Shown here piece after piece: positions 48,444 to 61,804 of a stretch of DNA of 64,000 nt (within the stretch, counting starts at the first letter, position 1; the number at the start of each line of letters is the position of its first letter). Made by a program: the position numbers and the translations under genes. The notes below the pieces were generated by a model, which was not told the origin of the DNA, ran no database searches, and worked only from the letters and a program-made list of their open reading frames with translations. Source of the DNA: Trypethelium eluteriae (Eukaryota); the NCBI GenBank assembly GCA_051942245.1, contig JAVECL010000006.1, positions 62,001 to 126,000 on the forward strand, written 5' to 3'.

Positions 48444-50112
48444 ATGTCTTTCTTTACATCCTTCCTCACGGATAAGAAGAAACAAGTCGTGTTGTTCAGC
48501 TCGACTGCAATTGCCCTCTATGGCTACGATCAAGGTGCTGCTTCTCCGTCCTCAATGTCTAATAGCATAGCTGATTCACGTCATTGCAGGAATGATGTCC
48601 CTCATAAATACCAACAATGACTACCTCTCCACCATGGGCATCGCCGAGAGCGATCCTCTAGTTGGTGTCATCGTATCCGTATACTACCTTGGCTGTGCCG
48701 TCGGCGCAGTGCTTTTCTCCTGGTTTGCCGATAAATACGGACGAAAAAAAGGCATCCTCGCGTGTCTAGCTACTGCTGCTCTTGGGAATGTTATCATGTT
48801 TGTGGCGGGTCTTGGCTATAATCAAGGAGCTCTGGCCGTCATGTTCATTGGAAGAATTGTGATGGGATTGGGTGTTGGAGGCGTCGACTCCGTGGTACCA
48901 GTTTACAGTTCAGAATTGAGCTCGGATGACTCGAGAGGAAAGGCATTAGCCCAGGAATTCCAGATGAATATCTTTGGGCTGAACATGGCATTCGCAATCA
49001 ACCTCGGTGTGACGGTGTCACTTGGCAAGTGGAACCAGTGGGCATGGAGAATACCTATCATTTGCATGCAAGTATTTCCATTCGCCATGTTTGCTGTCAT
49101 TGAAAAGCTTCCGGAAAGTCCACGGTGGCTTGTGTATAACGATAAACCTGATGTAGCATTGCATTCTCTTGAGGCACTTTTTGGAGAAGATGAATCGAAA
49201 GAGCTAATTGAAGAACTTAAGGAGGCACACAAATCTGAGGCAGGTCAAAGTGTCAGTTATTGGGATATGCTTACACCGGGTCATACACAATGGCATCCTA
49301 CAGTCATTACGATCATGGGTAAGCTCCTCAAGATTCTGACTGACTTCTTCACCTTTACTAACAACTGTGTAGGACAGATCAACCAAGCCTTAACGGGATA
49401 TGGTGCTGTCAGTGTATATGGACCGCAAATAGCCGAGCTATTAGGCTTTGGTGTCCGTGAATCCGAGTACCTGACCATGGGTAACTACGTCTCCTACTTC
49501 TTCCTCATGACGTTTGCTTGGATACTCATAGATGCTATGGGACGACGGAAGTTGCTTGTAGGAGCATCTTTGTGGCTTGGAGTCTGCTTTGGACTCATGA
49601 CACTATTTGGTGGCCTTGCTATGAATGCAGACTCGCTGGAAATTCCAGTCCCGTCAGTGGCCATACCTGGTATGGTCGTCTTATACATAGCAACTGGAGC
49701 ATTTGGTATTGGCTGGCTAGCTACCGTTTGGCTTATTCCTACGGAAATCTTTCCGACTACCGCTCGAGCACAAGGAACGGCTGTCAGTGTCATCATCTGG
49801 GGCCTAGCAAACTTTGCCGTCACACTCCTAACTCCCATCATGTTCAACAACCTCAAGTATTGGATCTTCCTTGTCTTTTGCGGTACCAACGCCTTCGCTG
49901 GGATCTGGACTTATGTATACCTTCCAGAAAGCGGAAATCGTAGTTTTGAGGAGAACCAGCAGTTCTTCAAAGATGCGAAAGAGGCTGGATCATGGAGAGT
50001 TAGCAAAGTAAAGAGTGGAGAATATAAGAGGCTTCCTTACCCAACCAGTGGTGAAGGGGACAATGCTGAACGGGAGCCTTTGTTGAATAGGATAAGGGAT
50101 CAAATACGTTGA
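48444..50112 (+). CDS. MFS sugar porter family transporter
   Basis: LYGYDQG| (intron 48535..48589), DKYGRK, VPVYSSEL, PESPRWL, in-frame intron 49319..49372, DAMGRR, PTEIFP, LPES. Confidence 0.93.
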
Positions 50113-50698
50113 GATGTACTCCGTAACTCTACATCCCACCTGGTGGCATATTTTGACATATAGTACTTTGCTATACATACCCAGACCCGCAAGTAATTAG
50201 AAAGTTTCGAGTAACGCAGAATCTCTGATGCATACATTGTATGGAGTAGTGCTACTAGGGACCTAGTCCTTCTCGTCTAAACGGAGCAACTGTTGTACCG
50301 TTTTTACGGCCACACCTGGTGTACAGACCATTCTCGCATCTGCCAAGCTTTAAAAGGCAAGTATCATCAGTCAGCTAGGCTTTTCAACAAATCATATGTA
50401 ATACCCCCTTGCTGAAGGTGCATCCTCGTCACCCACCGGAGTTATCGGTATACCGGAATGCGAAGGCTACGCTAGAACACATGCTGGGTTACTAAACATA
50501 TTGCTATTGCGCGCTTCTTGATGCTGTAACGTACGGTCTGTCTTTGTTTAAGTAGATTAGCCTATTGGACGAACAAATGATAGGATACTGTGGTATGCAT
50601 ATTTAAATCAAGTGGTAGTACTATCCTCTGGACTCAATCAACAGCTCACAGTTCTCTTGCCTACGATCCATTAATCCTCGCAGATATCCTCTTCCATT

Positions 50699-51825
50699 AT
50701 GTCTGAACATAATGCTCTCTTATTGACTGCGCTCCAAACACCACTCAAAGCTGGAAAACGGAAAACACCACATCCAGGGTCTGGAGAGGTGCTTGTGCGG
50801 GTCACTGCTGCTGGCCTGAATCCCCACGATTCTAAGGTTAGCCTTGCTCCTAGCCTCGCTTTCACAATATCTTAAATGCTCATAAGGGCGTCGAATATGG
50901 CTTGTTCACCAAGGATTATCTCCCTGCTGCGGTACTTGCTTCGGATATTGCCGGGACGGTGGTAGAAGTTGGATCCGACGTTACCAAATATGTGGTCAAA
51001 GACCGTATCATGGGCCAATCTTACTTCCTTGGTGGTAAACTCACCGATACAGCTGGCTTGCAAGAATACTCAATTCTTGATGCTGATCATAGCGCTCATA
51101 TTCCTTCTCAACTCAATTACGACGACGCAGGAACGCTTCCCGTGAATACCATTGCAAGCTTTGTCGCCCTTTTCCATCCCGATCAACTTGGCATCATCCC
51201 TCCATACCCTGAGCTGGGTCAAACCCCCGATTACACCGGGCAGAGCCTGCTCATCATTGGTGGCGGTTCCCAAACAGGCAAATTTGGCATTCAATTCGCC
51301 CATATGGCCAAGTTTAGTAGGATCATCACTGTTGCATCAGCTCGAAATACCGACAGACTCAAAGCCATCGGTGCAACCCATGTTATTGATCGCCATACCT
51401 CGGATGCAGAAATCGAAAAGCAGGTTCGTGACATTGTTGGCGACGATCTCATTTATGCCTACGATCCAGTGGGCGAACCTAAGGACGTGGGTACGTTCCA
51501 AGGACCTTCTTGCACGCTGGCACTGGCGTGTCTATCGACGACCAAAAAGGGAAAGCTGGCAACTCTCATTCCAGGTGCAGTTGATGAGAAGGTTGCATCA
51601 ACCAAGAAGGGAGGTTATCAGAAAACGTTCGCGTCCGGAATGAGCCACAAGCATCCCGACTTGATGATACCATTCTGGAAACATTTGCCAGGATGGTTAG
51701 AGAAGGGCTTGATAACGCCAAGCGATTATGAAGTTGTGGAAGGGCTGGATGCAGAAAAGGTGAATAAATTTCTGGATGGATACCGGGATGGAAAGCCAGT
51801 CGCAAAAGCTAGTATTCATCCGTAA
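50699..51825 (+). CDS. MDR-superfamily oxidoreductase (trans-enoyl-reductase-like)
   Basis: EVLVRVTAAGLNPHDSK| (intron 50837..50886), DIAGTVVEVG, GLQEY, LLIIGGGSQTGKFGIQFA, GATHVIDR. Confidence 0.9.
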
Positions 51826-51865
51826 ATTGGGCCTGTAGCACACACAAATGCAAGAGCGAAAGCGT

Positions 51866-52885
51866 TTACCCTTCCAAAGACCGTTTCGGTATTACAGACT
51901 GTGTGAACGCGTGCCATGTAGACTTTCCGGCTCTCTGCATCTCGGCTTTTGTCTGTGCTATGGCGGCATCTGTAAAAGTCCCACGTGCTTTGACGAGAAT
52001 CTTGCCATCTAATGTCTCCAATGTAGCATCGATTTCTTTTGAGGTAGGAGTACCGTCTTTAGGTTTTCGAGGATTGATACCATCTCTTTCTGTAACCTTT
52101 TCAACCGATCGCATACCTCGGATGACATAGAAGTTGTTCGCTAGAGTGGGTTTGACGTAAGACAAATTCAACGTATTCGGCTCTTCGGGTAGTGTCGTCC
52201 AGTCTTTATCACTACCAGCGGCAATGTGCCTTAATGCTTCCTCAAATACCGTCGCAATTGCACCTCCATGAGCTACACCAGGCCATCCGCTGAGTCCCTG
52301 TCCGAACCACACGATCTTGACCAACTCGCCCTTCTCCTCATTCCAAAAAGTCCTCTGAACGCCGAGACCCCGTGATCCAGACATTGCTGCCTTGGTCAAT
52401 GATCTCACTGTGCTTTTTATAACATCCCTTCTCCCATCATCCGATCTACCGCCCTGGCTACCTCCTTGTTGTTGTGTGTCATCCTTTGATCCTACATGTG
52501 CCAATTCTCTCCACTCATCATGATCCCTATGTCTTTGCACAATTGCCAAATTGTCAATGTCCTTTTCCTTCTGCCTCAATATGATATCGTCTGCTGGAGT
52601 TCCAGGTTCAGGGGCGGCGGGTGGAACATAGGCATGACGGAGAACTTGACCGATCGTCAAGCCGAACAAAGTGAACGTTGCTGCATAGATATAGGTTCGA
52701 AGTGAAAGCGGTCGGCTCTGAGTGGAAGTGGTAAAGCGCCGGCTTATTCGAAAGTGGATCGAGAAGCGTGGGAAGGAGGGCGGCAGAGGAAAAGGTGCTC
52801 GTGAATGTTGAATATGGCCCAAGGATCGATGAAATAGGGTCGTAGCTCGGGATGGGAGCTTTGATCGCGTCGCAGACATCATCAT
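51866..52885 (-). CDS. HotDog-fold thioesterase family protein, probably mitochondrial
   Basis: FGQGLSGWPGVAHGGAIATVFEE, LNLSYVKPT, LVKARGTF. There is an Arg-rich presequence-like N-terminus followed by one transmembrane segment. Confidence 0.85.
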   Translation of the reverse strand: MMMSATRSKLPSRATTLFHRSLGHIQHSRAPFPLPPSFPRFSIHFRISRRFTTSTQSRPLSLRTYIYAATFTLFGLTIGQVLRHAYVPPAAPEPGTPADDIILRQKEKDIDNLAIVQRHRDHDEWRELAHVGSKDDTQQQGGSQGGRSDDGRRDVIKSTVRSLTKAAMSGSRGLGVQRTFWNEEKGELVKIVWFGQGLSGWPGVAHGGAIATVFEEALRHIAAGSDKDWTTLPEEPNTLNLSYVKPTLANNFYVIRGMRSVEKVTERDGINPRKPKDGTPTSKEIDATLETLDGKILVKARGTFTDAAIAQTKAEMQRAGKSTWHAFTQSVIPKRSLEG

Positions 52886-54267
52886 GTCATAATTGAGTCT
52901 CAATGATGCAGTAGAAAGCTGCAATGCGTGGTAATCATGGCGCGGATATCAGGCCATGATATCGCTTTGCATGTGAATTTGCATGATGTTTCTGTACCTA
53001 GCACAGGGAATCATCCCGCTAGTGCCATTCCATCTTGCTCGACCAGGACAAAATTTCGAAGGGCTGGTACTCCACTCCTTTCCCCCTACAAACGCCTTTG
53101 GGATTTTAATTTTCTGGGGTGTGTATGCGCCGACAATATTTCGCTGGCGCTGATATTTCCTGTGACATGCCAACTTAAGATTAGTCAACGGCTTCAGTCG
53201 TGGAGAGTCGCTAGGACTCGGATTGCCCCTGGATTACTCTATTGAAGCAAGACCAACGCTTGTAGTCGCGTTTCCTACTTCGCCATGGAGCTACATTAGA
53301 CACAGCATAAAACACTCGAGGACAAAAATTTTAGAAAGAGATCACAGTATGGAGTAGGATGAGCCCAGTCATTCTACATAGGTATTCATGCTTTGAGTTG
53401 GGAGGAACTCGTACTCTGATGTTTTGCTTATATCTGTCCAGCAGCTGTACACTATGCTTGCTCTATGCATTCTTTTCATGTCGAAGTTAATTTCAGATAA
53501 AATCTCTGCTATCTACAAACAGTTCCGCTTATTTCCGGAGTAAAACTCCGCAGGCAATTCCTCGGGCTTCATCGTTCTTAGATACTTTACCTGTATCAAG
53601 TCAACCCTTCCCTTCGAAGACAAACGTTGATGACAGTGTATCTTGGTCTCCACGAGGACTAAGTCAAAACTTACTAAGACTACTAACTTTTCAGAACCCT
53701 GACAAAGTTTGTGAACTTCATTTCTTCAGAATTTCCGGTTTGCTTGTCAGATCCAGAATCTTATCATGCCTTGTGCGGTTTCGGGTCAAAATTCCTTTAA
53801 TCACACTGTCCTATATCCATTTAATTATTCCGTATATTCGAGATACCCACGCTTCTAAGACGGGAACGCGGAGGAGTGTGTCAAGCCTTTGGAGGGACTG
53901 CTTGCCGGCGGAAAGGAACAGAGATATGAGAACTACCTCCAGTAGCCTATCGGCTCATCTTTAAGCCTCAAGCAGCAATCCCATTGAAAGATGCTGTTTG
54001 TTTGCCAGTGGCTTTGGAGCGTATTGCTGAAAGATACGATCTTGAATGGGATTGATCCGAAAGTCTCGGAGACTTGAAATGCTCCCATTGATACTCCTTT
54101 TTTCCTCCGCAACATTGCCTTGCCCCACTTCCTACCCCGCCATGATATGTCAACCGATTTCGGGTACCGCATGTCGCTCAGAATACCGATATTAGATCTT
54201 TCAGTCTATCTCGAATCATTTGTCCTTCATTCTTACTGACTCCCAATAGCATTTGCTTTATGCCAGA

Positions 54268-55858
54268 ATGAATTCGCATCAAAAAGTCACAGTCGCCGAG
54301 ATTACCAAACACGCCAAGGTGGATGATTGTTGGGTTGTAATAAATGGAAAGGTCTATGATTTCACAGCGTTTGCACCAAACCATCCTGGAGGGCCAGATA
54401 GTAAGTACCGTTTCACGGCGATGTAGCGGGAAATTTTGACTGAGCCTGCGCAGTGATCTATAAGTACGCTGGGAAAGACGGATCAAAGATGTATAATGAG
54501 TTCCATGCAGCAGACCTAATTGAAAATGAACTTTCGCCTTCAGAGAAGAAGGGTGACTTTGACGAAAGCACAATAACAGAGACTTGGATTACTGCGCAGA
54601 AGGAGGAAGTTGTATCGCAGCCAGCTCCAAATGAAAAACCCCCATTATCCACATTGATCAATCTGGACGACTTCGAACGCGCTTTCGAGAAGACAGGCTC
54701 TCAAAAATCTCAAGCTTACATATCTGGCGCTTCGAATGATCTTCTTACTCTCAATGCCAATAGAACATTGTGGCAAAAACTCTGGTTCCGTCCACGGGTC
54801 ATGAGGAATGTTTCTAATGTCTCAACTAAAACGAGAATGATGGGCTGTGATGTGTCCATGCCAGTTTGGATATGTCCGATGGGCATTGGAAAGACTGCTG
54901 GCTCCGAAGGTGAAAAAGCTTTGGCTGGTGGTGCCGCGTCAAATGGGATCGTGCATTGCGTGTCGACTACGGCTTCATTTGGAGTGGAAGACATACTTGC
55001 ATCGGCTCCAAGAACTTCACCATTCTTTTATCAGCTATACGTTGACAAGCAGCGTCATAAAACTGAGGAACTACTTCGAAAGTTGGACGGCATGCATCAA
55101 ATAAAGGCTCTCTTCGTCACTGTCGATCTCGCAGTCGTTTCTAAAAGGGAGGCAGATGAGCGCATCCGTACTCAAGAGACTGTTTCGGTCTACTCGAAAA
55201 TTACAAAATCATCGATTGACAAGAAAGGTGGAGGCTTAGCACGCAGCACTGGATCATTCATAGATCCAGCCTTGTCATGGAATGATCTTGACTGGATCCG
55301 CAGACACTCGAATCTCCCCATTATTGTCAAGGGTATCCAATCGTCTGCTGATGCAAAGTTAGCAATGGAGATGAGATGTGCTGGTATCGTGGTTTCGAAT
55401 CACGGCGGTCGTGCACTGGATGGTTCTCCAGGAACAGTACTGATTCTCTTAGAGATCAGAAGAGATTGCCCTGAGGTTTTTGGTAAGATGGAAGTCTTTA
55501 TTGACGGCGGTATTAGGCGAGGCTCCGACGTTCTCAAAGCTATTTGTCTGGGTGCCAAGGGAGTCGGCGTTGGCCGGCCATTTCAGTGTTCCATCAGCTA
55601 CGGGAGAGAAGGCGTAGAAGCCGTTGCCTCAAGTAAGCAAGAACCCAAGACGTCTGTAACGCCCATAAGCTAACAAAGTGCCTTGTTATAGTTCTACAAG
55701 ACGAGATTGAAACTGCAATGCGCTTATGTGGTATTGCTAATTTGGAGAGAATCCGAGGGGACGTTTCCTGGTTGAATACCTCAGAACTGGAAGTACTGCT
55801 ACCGAAAAAGACAAGATCCTACCATTGGCTCTTGTCCAATATACGCCCGAGACTTTGA
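54268..55858 (+). CDS. Flavocytochrome b2-like FMN-dependent 2-hydroxy-acid dehydrogenase/oxidase with cytochrome b5 domain
   Basis: DCWVVINGKVYDFT..HPGG (cyt b5), FRPRVM, FYQLY, VTVD, VKGIQ, SNHGGRALD, DGGIRRGSD. Introns are at 54401..54453 and 55633..55691. It ends -IRPRL*. Confidence 0.93.
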
Positions 55859-56127
55859 TAGCCTAACCACACTTACACAAGGATCTTCCTGGAGATGATT
55901 TTAATCTGCTCAGCTAACAGTACAGGCTTCTTCGAGGCGAGACTCCGAGCGTTGCGTTTCGCTTCGAAGGTAACTTCATTGGATGATGGAGTCGTGGAGC
56001 CTGCTGTACGAGAACACTGTATACGTCCTACATAAGAAGTTTTCGGAGCGACCATGAGTTGTAGTCTGTTGACTTAGAAACCGGGGTAACAAGAGAGCAT
56101 ACACAACAATGTAGGATCTTACGAATG

Positions 56128-59100
56128 CTATAAACTACTCCTTCGCAGTACATTAAACCTCTCATAGATATGTTGACATCGTTCACTTCCATGTCCGAAA
56201 ACCGTTTCTGCACCAGCAAGGGCGCGTGAATACATTTCCTCAGCTTCTTTTATTCTGCCTGTCCCCTCAAGCAGACGAGCTAGATTCTTTTCTGCAAAAA
56301 GCGCTGGTAAATAACTCTTTACTGCCTCTCGACCCAATGCCTTCTCGAAGCCTTGCAGCGCTCGCTGGTATATCGTCTCCGCCATATCGAATCGTCCTGA
56401 TTTCAAATAAACATTGCCTAAGTTATGGACTATTGTGAGTGTTGATGTATGTGATGTTGTTCATGAAGTAGATCCAATTAACATAGCCTCGGAGGTGGTG
56501 TTTACCACATCTCACGCGCGCTCGGATCCCTTCATGTAGATCCTTACGCCCTGTAGTTATCAGTTCATTTCCCTTCGCTCTCACCTAGATAGGGAGGTCT
56601 ATATAGCAGCCTGCACCTCGGGCGACCTAGATAGGTCAATTGAGTTCTTTCCTCCGATTCAGTTGTTTGTTACAACATCAGTATGCTCCGGTTTTAACGC
56701 CTTCTCTTCGAGTTTCAGTGCCAGCTGTAACATCTCCTCCGCTTCGCTAAGCCTTCCCTGCTCGCCATAAAGACCCCCAATACTATTTAAAGCCCGGTAC
56801 TTGCCACGAGTGCCTCCTCCATTGTGAAAAATCTGAAGAAACCTATCTGCGTGTCGTAAAAGTCGTCGCTGAAATACCCAGGATCCCTGAGCTTCTCTTT
56901 TTAGGCTGTGCCTACCTATGCACTCTAGTGCAAGGCTCAGTAACCTATAATCCCACTTTTGATTTACTATATAAGACGTCTAGGAATGTACACAGCTGTG
57001 CATTCAATATCCCCGCGGCTTTACTCCGTTTTTTTTAGAAGAATGGTTAATTTCTACAAGTCCGTGGTGGTATACCACTCTTACCACCTTATTAAAGCTT
57101 AACTCATCCTTGGTTATTTTGCAAAACCATTCTGGCCCGCCACGTCTTTCTGCTTGTAGGATTTTAAACCATAAGTTCTGGTTGTTAAAATATACCCACA
57201 GTTTAAGTAGCATTGCTGAGTGTTTGTTTTGCTGCTTAATGTGGTCAAGCGATAGTTGCCATGTCAAGTATAGTTGACGGTTTTTATACGACTTAAGCTG
57301 GGGACTTATCTGTTGCAACTTTCGCCATGAATCTTCATATAGACGAAGATAGTCTGCAAAACTTGTTGACACCTAATTGAGGTAAGCCCCAGCTGTAGCC
57401 AAGGTTAGCGGGAGTCCATCTAGCTTTTTCGCAAGCCTGGCTGCAGCAGGGTCTGAGAATTATTGGCGCTGGTTCTGTTATAACAAGATCTGACTAACTA
57501 TTACAGCTTCCCAATATGACGCATAAGACAAGATCTGTAGGCTGTTGCGTATATCTTCTAGTTTTCTTACATGTATCTGCTGTCCTACCTTAACGTTTAA
57601 TAATGTTATCATGATAATTATAGAGCCATGGTATGACTTACGGAGAAACTGTTGAATATTAACTGCACTAGGATCCTTACTACCTAGAACCTTCAGGTTA
57701 TTGTAGTTGTTAAACACCATCAACCACCGTGTATTCTTGGCATGATCCAGCCACTATTTAACCGCTTTCACCATTTCGTCCAGCTGGCTATTATCTTTAA
57801 CTGCACCTAATTGGCTAGCGGATGGGTGTTCCCTTCGGATCTGTCTTGCAATTTGGGAATAGCTCTGATTCGCCGAGAATTCGTCTTTAATATTAAGCTA
57901 AAATATTGCTGAGAAATCATTATGATGGGCCTTTGCATATGCAATCGCAAGCTGCGTTTTACTGATTCCGCCTAAGCCATGGAGGGTGACTGCTTAACAG
58001 CTAAAACCATCCCTGAGTATTTTCTGCATTTTGTCCAGCTCTTCTTGTTGGGCAACAAAATGGTCGGTCTCTAAAACCTCCGATAGACTAAAGACAATAA
58101 AGAAGCTCATCTCGGAGTTAATATAAGCTGTAAATAAAGTTATTTAAATGTAAATAAGACTTGCATACATCCTGCTACATACCTGCATTAATCCTGTACT
58201 CCTCTTCTCACCTTTTAGTAATGGTTTTCTTTGCGTTTTAAATTATTAAACACAAATGCCCAGATATGATCCAATACCCACTATCTTCCTTTAATCTGAA
58301 CTTGACTATATTAATATGGTCTGCGTGGATTGCAATTAACTCTGCGTTAAGTGCACCAGGCATTACAGCTGATGCTCACAGTATGATCTGTATACTTAAT
58401 TTCTGCTGCATTTTATAGAGGAAATAAAACATACCATAATTGAATGCCCCAGTATTGTTGGAATTTTATATTCCTTAAACGCAAATTTTGTCACAAAATC
58501 CCCGCTGATCAGTGTGTATTAACTGAGTTGTTGCTAAAGCTATTCTGAGTCTCACTTTAAATGCTTTAATAGCCTGTCATCTACCGCGGTAAAGACTGAT
58601 GCTATATTAACCAAGACCTTTCCCAATTATACTCCACTACCGCCTTAATAAGGTGTACTTATGAACATAATTCCGTATGTCGATATCTTGATTGATTAGT
58701 GTTCTTCCAGTGCTCCTTTTCAAGCCGCGTCCGAGTGAATAAGGGCCCAGCCTAATCAGCTCCAAGTATAATAAAAAGAAAAAAAGCTAACGCTTTTAAT
58801 AATAATCCCACCCAGATTATGCACCACAAAGATTATCGGCCGTCATATTGTCTGCTGATCTTAGAAGTACGTTCACTAGCTGCAGCACTCCAACCTACAT
58901 CTGTGAGACTTCTCTCGGAGCAAAGTTCCGAGACCAACGTTGTCGCATGGCTATATAGGTATTGACAGCTCATGCGGCCACCGTGAGTATTCGCATCGTA
59001 TCCCCAGCAGAAAATGCGCGCATTTGGAATGTCGCTTGAGAGAAGATCACGGAGCCAATGGACATTGTTCGCAGCTGTCCAAGTTTTATCGCGGTGTCCA

Positions 59101-59358
59101 TTCAGTCCGTGGACGGCGATAATACTAAGAACAGTCAGGATAAGCCGTTGACGGGATAAGTAGCTTACTCTACAACCGGATCATCGCCTTCGACCACAAC
59201 TTTGAGACCCAGGGGGGTTGCCTCGAGAGGCTCCTTTGAACAGCCGCTGGTCTGTTCAAATCGTCAGCCTAATAAGGGCACGGTGTAAGATTGACAACTA
59301 CAGTGTCTTTAGGACGCTTTCGGAATGGATTCCATCGCTGCATCCCAGACGGCGCCAT
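56128..59358 (-). pseudogene. NLR-like gene (SesB-type alpha/beta hydrolase, NB-ARC, TPR), RIP-mutated and LTR-disrupted
   Basis: The 5' exons are intact (DIIAVHGLNGH..WLRDLL..ARIFCWGYDA). The core is mutated: RPIIFVVHNLGG, GLGGISKTQLA, WLMVFNNYN, with many TAA/TAG stops. TPR units include LYGEQGRLSEAEEMLQLAL, HTSTLTIVHNLG and GRIKEAEEMYSRALAG. Confidence 0.9.
56452..56680. mobile_element. 229-bp solo LTR-like insertion
   Basis: It starts TGATGTTGT and ends ACAACATCA (9-bp inverted termini, TG..CA), flanked by the direct repeat GTATG at 56447-56451 and 56681-56685. An internal TATATA is present. Removing it restores in-frame PEHTSTL in the TPR. Confidence 0.85.
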
Positions 59359-59788
59359 ATGTAGACAGTAAAAATTCGATATCGGCCAGACCAAAGAGTT
59401 AATGGAAGGAGTGCGGCCGTCTATCTTGCTGGGTAGCTAGCTTTGTAGTAATGTTCGATATTCAGCTGTGGCTGACCTGCATTACACAACCGCCAATCAT
59501 GACGCTGCCATCTTGAGAGATAACTAGCCGCCTGACTGACCAATACTAACGCTGTTTATCCTTTGCATCCTGGCAATGAACTACTTGATTAAGTGATGGA
59601 AGGTCCTTTTGTCTAGTTCTTCTGGTTGAAGCTGGATACGAAACACTTTGGAGAGGTGCTTTCGAAAGGTTGACATGTGCCTGATATGGGATCACTATCT
59701 TCGGTTCGGACGAGCTTTGACAACCCATTCATCAATATCAACTATCGACACGTGTGAGACAAACTTCGTGTGAGTAAACCGACTGGCG

Positions 59789-61804
59789 TTACCAGAATAA
59801 TGTTTCTTGTATTATCGCACCCGGGTTTCTACGAAGGACTTCGGTAAGTGGCCAACGTTTTGAGAAGAACACATCGGCTCTCTTTTCTCGTTGGTGGAAT
59901 TGAAGTCCAAAACCAGAAATCCTCGAATCATGCGGTATGTCAGCGCAACAATTGACTTTCCCAAGACCATCTTCTTCGAGCTGCATCATTCGCTCCGCCA
60001 CTTTCAATGCCAGAAGCCCGTCCCAAACACCTTCCTGTCTAGGCGTTGCGCGCCACAGAGTGATTGCTTTTCGTCTGATCTGTGGATCGCGACACCTCCG
60101 AACCACATGGAAAAGAGGTCCCGCAACCCCACTATCAATGGAGAAGACGGGCACAGTTTTACCATTCATTTTGCAATTATACATTGGATCCTCAATAATC
60201 TGGGTTGCCAGGTCCGTAATCCGGCTGTACAAGTCGAGATGCTCGTCCCAGATCATTTCATTTGTTAGATTCGCGGCGGAAAACATGTCCAGAAAAACAA
60301 GGCAGCGTGCCTGTAACAGTCTTGTAGCCTGCGTTTCAACTGCGGACAATTTCGCTGTACTAGCCTGCAGGAACTCCTCAAATACGGTGAGCCAAGCATT
60401 TAGATCGGCCAGATGTCGACAACGCTCGACTTCTTGTTTCTCCGAATCCATATCGTTGGTGTTATTGGGCCGACCTTTTGATAAAAAATATATGCAATTT
60501 CTTTCTTGGTATTCTAGTGAAAGGCGTGCTTCTTGTATACTGCCAAATCTGGAAGGTATGCTTTCGCTAAAGCCGGGTTCCTTCTCTGAAAATGTAACGT
60601 AATCGAAAGGACCAGTATCTGCACCCAAGCGCATACTCTGGCAATCGAATCGTGTAAAAATTACCTGAAGCATGCTGTATGGTATCATTGGCATAGTCGA
60701 TATACTCAAAGGCATTGAGCGGTTGTGTTCGGAACCTTTTCCAGTCCGCAGCTCACGCAGTATGTTGATCCCATTTTGCACGTGAGATAACGCGGATCCA
60801 TGATGGCCTCGAAGAGTCTGATATCCGTGTCAGTGGCGCCATTAGGTCAATGTAGTCTCGTACCTCAAAGCAGGTAAATAATACACAGGCTATTAGAACA
60901 ATATCAAGGGCTTGATGGCCTCGAGCTGATATGGGCTCGATCAAGCGACTTATAGCTGTAGTATACTGCTCAAGAGCGAAGCCACCATCAAATTTGCAGC
61001 GATTGGATCTCAGAATAGTTGGATCTTTGGCTTCAAATCTCTCATGCAATGAGCCTAGAGCAATGACGGCATGACGGACTGCAGGCTCGTGAATAACTGC
61101 GCGAAGAATGTAGCTGTTCCAGAAAGGTGAATCGAAAAACCCGGAAAGAGACGGAATTGTTCTTTCTCGAAAGTATTCGAAACTGCGAATTTCTTCAAGA
61201 CTCATCAGAATCTTACTGATACTCGATATTTGTTGCAGAATTGGCGGTTCACGGGTTGAGGTGGTTGTCTTCGAATATGTGGCATTGGCAGGTAATGTAG
61301 CGGATTTCGATGATGAAAGCCGATTCGTGGTTGACTTTCTTGGAGGAACAGGCCCGTAGCCATCGCAAATTCTTTCAGTACTTTCGCATCTGTTACAGAT
61401 TGGCTTTCTTTCATCGCACTTGACGCGTCGAATTCTGTGACCAAGACCATCGTTAGTACTAGAGCCTCAGTCATGTCATCCTTGCTGCAAAATGTTCTGA
61501 GAAATCGTTCTGGGAGATCGCATGCAACGATTCCGGAGAAGAAATTGAGTGGGAATTAAGCATTACCAAATTCACCATCTGCCGAGAAATAGTAGGGGTG
61601 CTAGATTATGACGTATACCAAGCTCCCCTTCAACTTCGTTTTTGTTCGGTGGAGCAATGCTGCATCATTGGCTGTTGGAGTTTGTTCCTGACGGGCTTGT
61701 ACAAGAAGGGCTTACCTGCAAGTGATGCATCCCGTCTTTACCTTGGGAGCAAAGATTTTCGTCCTCCTAAGGACCCTGTTCGTTCCTGCATTAGCGTCTT
61801 CCAT
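59789..61804 (-). CDS. Zn2Cys6 transcription factor
   Basis: KVKTGCITCR|IRRVKCDERKPICNRCESTERICDGY (intron 61435..61715), FEYFRERT..FW..EPAVRHAVIALGSLH, CFE| (intron 60818..60863), CRDPQIRRKAI..RQEGVWDG. Confidence 0.93.

Noticed and set aside
59270..59300. Apparent premature stop near the 5' end of the NLR-like gene
   Set aside because: It lies within a phase-0 intron (GTAGTT..GCTGAC..ACAG), so the 5' exons are intact.
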